DNA of 64,000 nucleotides from Thermofilaceae archaeon (lineage in GTDB: Archaea; Thermoproteota; Thermoprotei; Thermofilales; Thermofilaceae). The notes under the pieces are model-generated. The model worked only from the letters and a program-made list of their open reading frames with translations. It was not told where the DNA came from and did not search any database. Location of the stretch: assembly GCA_038727095.1 (NCBI GenBank), contig JAVYWK010000003.1:36795-100794 (forward strand), written 5' to 3'. Below, in pieces: positions 57,148 to 64,000 of this stretch. The position numbers and the translations under genes were made by a program. The stretch's first letter is position 1. The number at the start of each line of letters is the position of its first letter.

Positions 57148-57765
57148 GTGCACATCCCGGACGGCTACTTGGACTCGGTTAGCTGCGCTGCCACGTACCT
57201 GCTCGCCCTAGTTTTCGCGTTTTTTGCGGTCAAGAGGGCCAAGCTGGAGGGGGAGGAGCGGAAGCACCTGCTGCCCGTCCTAGCGGCGGCCATCTTCGTG
57301 GCTCAGATGCTCAACTGGCCTCTACCCGGAGGTACCTCCCTCCACTTTCTCGGCGCCGCGCTAGCCGGCATCCTGCTGGGCCCCTGGCTCGGCTTCCTCA
57401 CGATGACACTCGTGCTACTAGTTCAAACGCTCGTGTTTCACGATGGTGGGATCACAACCTTGGGGGCGAACCTGCTCAACATGGCTGTGGTAGCCGTGCT
57501 AACGGGTTACTACGTCTACAAGGCTCTCCCCGAGCGTTTCGGTGCGGCAAGGCCGTTCCTAGCGGGCTGGCTTAGCGTTGCCTTGGCCGGTTTAGCGTGC
57601 GGGATCGAGCTGGGGCTGTCGGCTCAGTTCCTCTACGGCCTAGCGGTTACGGTTCCGGTGATGGCTGGGTGGCACGCGGTGCTCGGGGTAATCGAGGGGG
57701 CCGCCACAGCGGCCGTGTACTCGTACTTGAGGGGGCGCGCCCCTCTGTTGACTGCCTCAAGGTAG
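57148..57765 (+). CDS. cbiM: ECF Ni/Co transporter S component CbiM/NikM
   Basis: N-terminal MHIPDG, GTSLH and HDGGITTLGAN motifs. Confidence 0.93.
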   Translation: MHIPDGYLDSVSCAATYLLALVFAFFAVKRAKLEGEERKHLLPVLAAAIFVAQMLNWPLPGGTSLHFLGAALAGILLGPWLGFLTMTLVLLVQTLVFHDGGITTLGANLLNMAVVAVLTGYYVYKALPERFGAARPFLAGWLSVALAGLACGIELGLSAQFLYGLAVTVPVMAGWHAVLGVIEGAATAAVYSYLRGRAPLLTASR

Positions 57766-58065
57766 GTGGGAGTGATGCGCGCGATCAAGGGGCATAGGAA
57801 AGCTCTCACCGTGATCATAGTGCTCGCGCTCGCCAGCCCCATCTTCGGCGTGTACCTGTCCGAGCTCGTGGGTTACCACGAACCCCTAGACTTAGCCGCC
57901 GGGCTCCTCGGCCTCGAGGAGTTGACGGAGAAGATCACGTGGACCCCGCTCGCGGATTACACGGTGCCGGGGCTTCCGGACTGGCTCGGCTACGCGGTTT
58001 CCGGCTTGCTCGGCGCAGCCGTCGTCCTCGCCTTAGGCTACCTGTTCCTCAAGCTGTTGAAGTGA
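57766..58065 (+). CDS. NikN/PDGLE-like component
   Basis: Two TMs with EPLD...PLADYTVPG. Confidence 0.8.
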   Translation: MGVMRAIKGHRKALTVIIVLALASPIFGVYLSELVGYHEPLDLAAGLLGLEELTEKITWTPLADYTVPGLPDWLGYAVSGLLGAAVVLALGYLFLKLLK

Positions 58066-58071
58066 CGGGGC

Positions 58072-58803
58072 GTGAGGTACCGGCCTTTAGCACCAGCGCT
58101 CCTCGAGCAGTTGGGCGCGATTCTCGACGAGCTGAGTTCGACGGGGAGGCCCCCGGCGGACCCGTGGATCGTCCTCCTCTCGGGCTTGCTGCTGAACGTG
58201 GTGGCTTCCTTCGCTCGCAGCCCGTTAGTACCAGTGCTGGCGCTGGCCTTCGGAGCCCTCCTCTCATCGATCTCGCGTAAGCTTAAAGCTTGGCTGAAGG
58301 CTACGCTGCTCGTAACGGCCTTCACTTCGGTTGTAGCGGCCCCCGCGGCTCTGCATGATGGGCTACCTCAAGCTGTACTACTGCTGGCTCGGGCCTCCGG
58401 CGCGGCAGGAGCCTTCATTGGAGCTGTGGCTTCCCTAGGCTGGTTCTGGCTGCTTTTCGGGTTGAGCCAGCTCAGGCTTCTCAACCCTTTGACTTGGCAG
58501 CTGTGGTTGACGATCCGGATGATACCCGCGTTCTCAAGGGCTGCGGTGAGAATGCTGGCGGCACGCGAAGCGAGAGTATTCGTCAGCAGCAGGAAGGCTG
58601 CGCTTGAGGCAGCCGGCAGCACGCTGGGGGATCTGCTGCTCGAAGGCTACAGGAGGGCGAGGGCCTTATCCATGGCTGTGGCAGCAAGGGCTTTCGTGGA
58701 TAAGCCCCAACCGCTCAACTTCCGGCCGCGCTTGAGCTGGAGTGAGGCTGCGCTCATGGGCTACGCTGCGTTGACCACCGCGCTCTTCATCGCGGGTGCG
58801 TGA
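58072..58803 (+). CDS. cbiQ: ECF T component CbiQ/NikQ
   Basis: DP motif, AREAR and AVAARAF Arg motifs, multi-TM. Confidence 0.8.
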   Translation: MRYRPLAPALLEQLGAILDELSSTGRPPADPWIVLLSGLLLNVVASFARSPLVPVLALAFGALLSSISRKLKAWLKATLLVTAFTSVVAAPAALHDGLPQAVLLLARASGAAGAFIGAVASLGWFWLLFGLSQLRLLNPLTWQLWLTIRMIPAFSRAAVRMLAAREARVFVSSRKAALEAAGSTLGDLLLEGYRRARALSMAVAARAFVDKPQPLNFRPRLSWSEAALMGYAALTTALFIAGA

Positions 58804-59522
58804 CCGTGCTCGAGTGCAGGGATCTGTGGGTGAGCTACCCCGGTGCCGGGGTCGTCCTGAAGGGGGTGTCGCTGCGTCTTAAGCGGGGCGAGATCGCGTT
58901 CGTGATCGGCCCCAACGGGGCTGGGAAGACGACACTCCTCCTCACTCTCGCCGGCCTGCTGAAGCCCGACCGCGGCGAAGTGCTCCTGGATGGGGGGAGC
59001 CTCTGGGAGCAGATACCCGGGGCTCGGAGGAGGATTGGGGTCCTCTTCCAGAACCCTGACGATCAGCTCTTCAACCCGACTGTGAGGGATGAGCTCTTCT
59101 TCACGCTAAACCAGCTGGGTCTACCGGAGGGCGAGAAGCGGGAGAGGGTTCAGAAGGTTGCGCAGGAGCTGGGCGTCGCTCATCTGCTCGACCGCCTCAC
59201 CTTCGCCCTTAGCGCGGGTGAGAAGAAGCGCGTCGCGCTCGCCTCCATCCTGGTGTACGAGCCGGAGATCCTCCTCCTCGACGAACCAACCGCTAACCTC
59301 GACCCTGCGACCACAGCCCTGCTCGTCTCGACGGTATGCAAAGCTAGGAGCAGGGGCAAAGCCATCCTCATCGCGACGCAAGACACTACGTTAGCTGAGA
59401 GCCTCGCCGATCGAGTGATCCTGCTCAACGAGGGTACCATCGCGTGGGAAGGGCCTCCACCCCTTCCCCGCGAAGTGCTTGAGAGAAGCGGGATGCTCGC
59501 GCACTTTACCCCCTGCAGTTGA
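58800..59522 (+). CDS. cbiO: ECF ATPase CbiO/NikO
   Basis: GPNGAGKTT, FQNPDDQLF, LSAGEKKR and LLDEPT motifs. Confidence 0.93.
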   Translation: MTVLECRDLWVSYPGAGVVLKGVSLRLKRGEIAFVIGPNGAGKTTLLLTLAGLLKPDRGEVLLDGGSLWEQIPGARRRIGVLFQNPDDQLFNPTVRDELFFTLNQLGLPEGEKRERVQKVAQELGVAHLLDRLTFALSAGEKKRVALASILVYEPEILLLDEPTANLDPATTALLVSTVCKARSRGKAILIATQDTTLAESLADRVILLNEGTIAWEGPPPLPREVLERSGMLAHFTPCS

Positions 59523-59624
59523 CCACGCTCTACGAACCACGAACGGGAACGGTTTTTTCACGATCATCCGGCAGAGGCGCCCGGGTCCGGAACGCTTTTC
59601 CCGGAATATTGAACCAACTAGTAC

Positions 59625-59954
59625 TTAGGCCTCCTCGCTGGGGTGGGCCAGCGGGATCAGCACGCGGTACCGCTTGGCGCTTTCGGGCCCGACGATGTGC
59701 AGCTCTACGGGTAGGTTTAGAGGTACTCCCAGCTTATCCATCTCCTCGTGGATCTTAGCCCTCAGCTCCACAGCCTCCTCAAACGTCGGTTCGCGCGGCA
59801 GCACTACAACCACGTCAACATCGCTCAAAGCTGTGAGCCTCCCCTCCGCAGCTCCACCCGTCAGGTAAGCCCTGGCGCCAGGTGCGGCCCGGGCTACGGC
59901 TTCAACTACGACGCCTAGGTACATTTTCCAGCGAGCCAGTGCCCTAAGCATCAC
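59625..59954 (-). CDS. Minimal nucleotidyltransferase (MNT) antitoxin
   Basis: YLTGG...SDVDVVVV...VELH; overlaps the HEPN gene. Confidence 0.88.
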   Translation of the reverse strand: MMLRALARWKMYLGVVVEAVARAAPGARAYLTGGAAEGRLTALSDVDVVVVLPREPTFEEAVELRAKIHEEMDKLGVPLNLPVELHIVGPESAKRYRVLIPLAHPSEEA

Positions 59955-60373
59955 CCGAACACCTCCTTCTCGATCTTCTCGAGCATACCGATAATACTTT
60001 CAGCAGCCTCTACGAGCTTCCCCGCCTGCTCCCTGCTGTAGCTGAAGACTCCGTAGATTGAGCGCACGTGGCCTTCCTCAAGCTCCGCTATGACCCTCCT
60101 GTTCCTCCTTACGTATTCGATGAGCTCCTCCGCTTCCTTGCGGAACCCCTTCTCCTCGAGAACGGAGACCAAAAGCCCAATCAGTGCCCAGATGCTATGC
60201 CCTCTCACCTCTTCGCCAGTGACTCTGTACAGGATCGCTTTAACGAGTAACTGAGCGGCGTACTCCGCGTTCAGAACTGCCAAGTCGCACTCGCCACTAA
60301 AAAGGAGCTGCTTAGCTAGTCTGAGCATGGATCGCGATCTCCTCTTAAGAAGCTCGACGTACTCGCCACTCAC
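59951..60373 (-). CDS. HEPN-domain protein (HEPN-MNT pair)
   Basis: LAVLNAEYAAQLLVKA, GHSI and YSREQA HEPN helical pattern. Confidence 0.88.
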   Translation of the reverse strand: MSGEYVELLKRRSRSMLRLAKQLLFSGECDLAVLNAEYAAQLLVKAILYRVTGEEVRGHSIWALIGLLVSVLEEKGFRKEAEELIEYVRRNRRVIAELEEGHVRSIYGVFSYSREQAGKLVEAAESIIGMLEKIEKEVFG

Positions 60374-60652
60374 GACTCAGAGTACTAGCCTACTCTTATT
60401 CTATTTATCGATCCACGCTCGGGCACCTCCCACTTCTCCGGTTTAACAGAGACAGCCCTGCTCTCCGGCCTAACACCTTAGATCGCTGGGGTGGGCGCCA
60501 CAGGGTCAATTTGGGGGGCCTACGCACCTCCTCTAGTACCGAGTCAGTTAGGGTACGCAGGCTTTGCGTGCCTAACACGGGTAGGAGCAGCATTTGGGTT
60601 TAAGTGGAGCTAGATGCTGCATGAGCTCCGCAGAGATGCTAGCCTCCCCACT

Positions 60653-61100
60653 ATGAGCGCTTCGTTCAACGTTAAGATCGGCGGGGAGCTGTAAGCTAAA
60701 ATGCGGAGGCATGCAAGTAGAATGAACTGGGCAGAGAACGTGAGGGGGTCCATTGAAAGGAGGATAGGGGGGTGAAGGCAGAGGAGAGCTTAAGGCTCGT
60801 GGCTAAGGAGCTGGAAGGAGGGGGAGTGGTCTGTTCCCCTCGGCTTTTCTGTAAGCTCCATGAGGGAGGATCGTGATAGCAGTTAGCGCATCAGCTCTCG
60901 CAGCTTTCTCCCTCTGGGAGTAAGGGTGATAACAGTTAGCCAAGTAAGTGGTCGTAACTGTTGCTCTGGATCGGGCATCGACGTCAGGGACAGCAAAAAC
61001 CGTCAACTGTACTAGGGCGCTTTAAGGCGAGGACTTTAGGCCAAGATGCTTTACGCCTTGTATTGATTACACATCTCGGCTCGTGAGCTAGGCTGACCAT
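60653..61100 (+). pseudogene. Decayed vapB (RHH antitoxin)-vapC (PIN toxin) pair; 3' boundary approximate
   Basis: ATG 60653 gives MSASFNVKIGGEL*AKMRR...NWAENVRGSIERRI and, after frameshifts, SVSSMREDRDSS*; overlapping GTG 60873 gives VIAVSASALAAF then a stop (cf. PIN MIVxDASAL). Confidence 0.6.
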
Positions 61101-61295
61101 CGACCGACGATCAGAGCGTAGGAGAGATTAAGAGTGCGTGGGCATCGATGGAGCTCGTTTTATCGGCTTTCGCAACTGCAGCAGCCTCTACGAGTCCCTA
61201 GGGTATGCAAGGGTTAGTGTCGTTAGGTAGAGAGGGGTAAAACCCCTTCTTGTGCTGTTTTCTGCATAACGCTGCAAGTTGGGATCGGGCTTCCC

Positions 61296-61655
61296 CTATA
61301 CGGCTAGCAGCCCGACGTACTCCAGCTCGCCAGTGACGGGATTGACCCGGTAACCCATGCTCTCCAGCGCTACGACGCCTAAGACTGCAGCATCCCCCTC
61401 CTCCGCCATCACGACTTCCACCACTGTTTCATGCTCCCCGTACCTTATCCTGGCGAAAGACGTCGAACGCTCGATGACCTTGCCCTCTATCGTCCTGAAG
61501 AGCTTCTTATACTCCGGTTTCACACCAATCCTTTCCAGTACTTTTCGCGGTATCCAAGGCAGTATCGTGCCAGTATCTACTGTGAGCTCCACATCCTCCC
61601 TGAGCTCTGGATTCACGGGATTAGAGATGGTCACCTTCACACTCGTTAAACCCAT
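61296..61655 (-). CDS. Clan AA aspartyl protease (retropepsin-like)
   Basis: MG...VTISNP...VDTG...LGVVALESMGYRVNPVTGEL; start at ATG 61655. Confidence 0.85.
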   Translation of the reverse strand: MGLTSVKVTISNPVNPELREDVELTVDTGTILPWIPRKVLERIGVKPEYKKLFRTIEGKVIERSTSFARIRYGEHETVVEVVMAEEGDAAVLGVVALESMGYRVNPVTGELEYVGLLAV

Positions 61656-61844
61656 ACTTGCGAACCGCCCTCCCCTAAGCGGTAAGAGCGGGGCAAAGCA
61701 AAATGAAGGTGTCGCTAGCGCCCCGAAGCTGCTGATACCGAATTCCGGTTCGTTCAGCCTTCTTGGCTCTCCATCGCAACCATTACACCTCAATTCCACG
61801 TTGAGCGGCATCGGTAGGGCTTGGTAGAAAACTGCCACCCTCTG

Positions 61845-62669
61845 TTACCCGCTCGCTGAGACGAGCCTCAGCCTCCCCCCTCCTAGGAGGTCTGGGCCGA
61901 GCCGGTTGTTGACGTTCTCAACGGCCTTTACCCACCCAACCCCTTTCGCCACGGCCTCCTCGACGAGCACCTAAAGGCCCTCGTCCATGTGCTCGGGGGA
62001 TACCTTCCAGTCCCAGGAGATGAAGTAGGTCACCCCCTTGCTTAGGAGGGCATCGGCTAGCAGCCTTCCCGCGAGACCGTAGCAGGAGGCCACTATGACC
62101 ACCGAACCCTCCCTGAACCTCCCTTCCAACCCCTCGAAGAAGATCGGGGTGAGAGCGAAGACGGAGACCGCGTTTTCGCCGAGCTGGAAATCCCCCCTGA
62201 CAACCTCCTCCCTCAACCTCTCGAAGTAGTACTTGCAGGAGAGGGGGAGGCACTCGCTGAACTCCTCCCCCGTGAATACCACTGGCGCAGCATCGCCGAG
62301 AACCCTCCCCCCTAGAACCTCGCCGGCCTTGAAGTAGGCGCCGTGGCAGCGCACGACTACGACGTCGTAAGCGGTCAGGTTCCTGAAGGCGTCCACAGTG
62401 GCGTCCCTGCCCTTGATCACCTTCACGCTGTACCCAGCGTCTGAGAAAGTTTGTACGAGCCGCGCTAGCAGCCGATCGTTAGGCGTCCAATCGTAAAGGG
62501 AGTCGATGATCAACGCGCTCTTCCCAACGCCAGTGCTCGGCCGGCGGGGAGGAGTGAGCAGCACAGCGATCAAGATTACCAGGAGCGCCGCGAGCAACGT
62601 TGCGGCCGCCCATAGGCCAAGCTTCCTCAAAGCCTTCCTCGGCGCCCTTCTACGGGGCACGTGATGCAC
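61845..62669 (-). pseudogene. Membrane-anchored caspase/gingipain-like (His-Cys) domain protein interrupted by an in-frame TAG at 61971-73
   Basis: N-terminal TM, VVRCHG and VIVASC motifs; the frame stays open for 41 codons after the TAG to TAA 61845. Confidence 0.6.
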
Positions 62670-62787
62670 CAGTCACCGCCCCTCTTTAACTCTGCGCAGG
62701 CTGCTTGAGACCCACCCGGAAAACTCTCGCTACCGCGTCGCTCCCGTGAAGGTTGTCTGGAGGGAACGAACGGGCGCCCCCCTCTCC

Positions 62788-64000
62788 TCACGGTGTTTTG
62801 TGCAAGAGGTTTTCAGTAGCTCGGAGTAAAACGCTCTCCAGCTTAAGCACCGGTCGAGTGAGGGTTCTCAGGGGCTCGCGCGAGAACACCGCCTCTAGGG
62901 ACTCTAGATCCGCTCTCTCGAGGCAGCCTGTTAGTGGCAGTAGGGCACCGTAAGCGGCCAGGAAAGCGGCGGCTGAGGCAGCGAGGCGGAGGATGTAGTG
63001 GGCCCTAAGGTGGCCGAGCACGACTACCACCGCTGCGGCCGAGAGGGCGGACGCGCACACCAGCACCGCGGTTCTCCAATCGATACTCGCATCCCTCTTG
63101 ACAGCTTCCCTCAAACCGTAGAGCGTGGAAGCGAGGTTTGAGAGGAGGGTGGCGATAATGACGCCGAAGACGCCGAGCCACGGCGCGAGCGCGGCCGATA
63201 GAGGCACGAAGAGAGCGGCGTTGGTGAGCGTCACCGCAAAGAGGACGCGCGTCTCGCCGATCCCCTGGAAGAAGCTCGCTAGAACGGCGCTGCCGAGACC
63301 GCTCCAGAGGAGGCTGACAGCGTTGAGGGAAAGGTAGGCTGGAGCGAGAGCGTACGCCCCCCCGTAGACGAGCCTCACTAGGTCTCTAGCCGCGACAATC
63401 GTGAAGGCGCCCGCGGGGACGAGGACGAGGGAGGAGTACTTGGCCGCGTAGCGGAAAGCCCTCCCCGCTTCTCCCTTCTCCATCCTTGAGAACGCGGGGA
63501 AGAGGGCCGACGATATGGGGAAAGAGACCAACTGGAGGAGCGCGACGAAGTTGGCGGCCACCTTCAGGTTACCCACCTCCTCATCCGTAGCAACCCAAGC
63601 TATGATGGAGTTCTGGTACGTCGCTAGCGAGGTGCTCAACGCAACCGAGGTGTAGAGGGGGAGGCCGTACCTCAGCAAGGGCCGCAGCTCCCCCCACGGC
63701 GCAGCCCTCAGCTCCCGAAACCTCGCCTTCAGCATCGCTACCCCCAGAGCCGCGGCTGCAGCGTGACCCGCTACGAAGCCCGCCAGAGCCCCCTCGCAGC
63801 CGAACCTCAGCGCAAGGAGGGGCGAAGCTACGCTCCTCACCGCGTCCCGAGCCACCGGCAGCAGAGCTAAAGCCTTGGCGTCGCTGAGGCCCAGCAGCGC
63901 TGCGGAAGCCACGTTGAAGAGCGTATCAACAATCACCAGGGGGAGCATTAAGCGGGCAAGCGGGGCTAAATCCGGCCGGTTGAGGAGCGCCTGCGAGAGC
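62788..64000 (-). CDS. Polysaccharide/oligosaccharide flippase (Wzx/MATE-like), 5' end outside the window
   Basis: Many TMs; LLRYGLPL, EEVG and ALFPAFS motifs; frame open to the window edge. Confidence 0.85.
   Translation of the reverse strand, partial: LSQALLNRPDLAPLARLMLPLVIVDTLFNVASAALLGLSDAKALALLPVARDAVRSVASPLLALRFGCEGALAGFVAGHAAAAALGVAMLKARFRELRAAPWGELRPLLRYGLPLYTSVALSTSLATYQNSIIAWVATDEEVGNLKVAANFVALLQLVSFPISSALFPAFSRMEKGEAGRAFRYAAKYSSLVLVPAGAFTIVAARDLVRLVYGGAYALAPAYLSLNAVSLLWSGLGSAVLASFFQGIGETRVLFAVTLTNAALFVPLSAALAPWLGVFGVIIATLLSNLASTLYGLREAVKRDASIDWRTAVLVCASALSAAAVVVVLGHLRAHYILRLAASAAAFLAAYGALLPLTGCLERADLESLEAVFSREPLRTLTRPVLKLESVLLRATENLLHKTP

Overview
Archaeal chromosome segment, most likely from a Thermofilaceae-like member of Thermoproteota. 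This is inferred from archaeal-type ThrS and DNA ligase, bulge-helix-bulge tRNA introns at non-canonical positions, leaderless genes and a giant surface-layer gene. Most of the window is housekeeping: uppS, RsmB-type methyltransferase, HMGS-thiolase-DUF35, pgk, a bacterial-type gap, thrS, lig, RqcH, two RadA paralogs, an S-layer-like protein, a KaiC-like ATPase, nadA-nadC-nadX, sugar-nucleotide enzymes, an ABC-2 exporter, an ECF Ni/Co transporter with a NikR-type operator, and toxin-antitoxin genes and remnants. The ORF track misses two intron-containing tRNAs and a C/D-box sRNA. The most unusual part is a ~3.2 kb insert (19.5-22.7 kb). It carries a divergent TnpB/Cas12f-like RuvC protein with no transposase. 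Its putative omegaRNA ends in a duplicated 12-nt repeat + 20-nt guide unit resembling a proto-CRISPR, and ~1.3 kb of densely structured, mostly non-coding DNA lies upstream. Second-tier candidates are an NAD-kinase-wHTH fusion with an altered GGDG motif divergent from the nad operon, and a Cys-less DsrC-like/membrane/KaiC operon next to a repeated palindrome. All calls were made by eye; no searches or folding programs were run.
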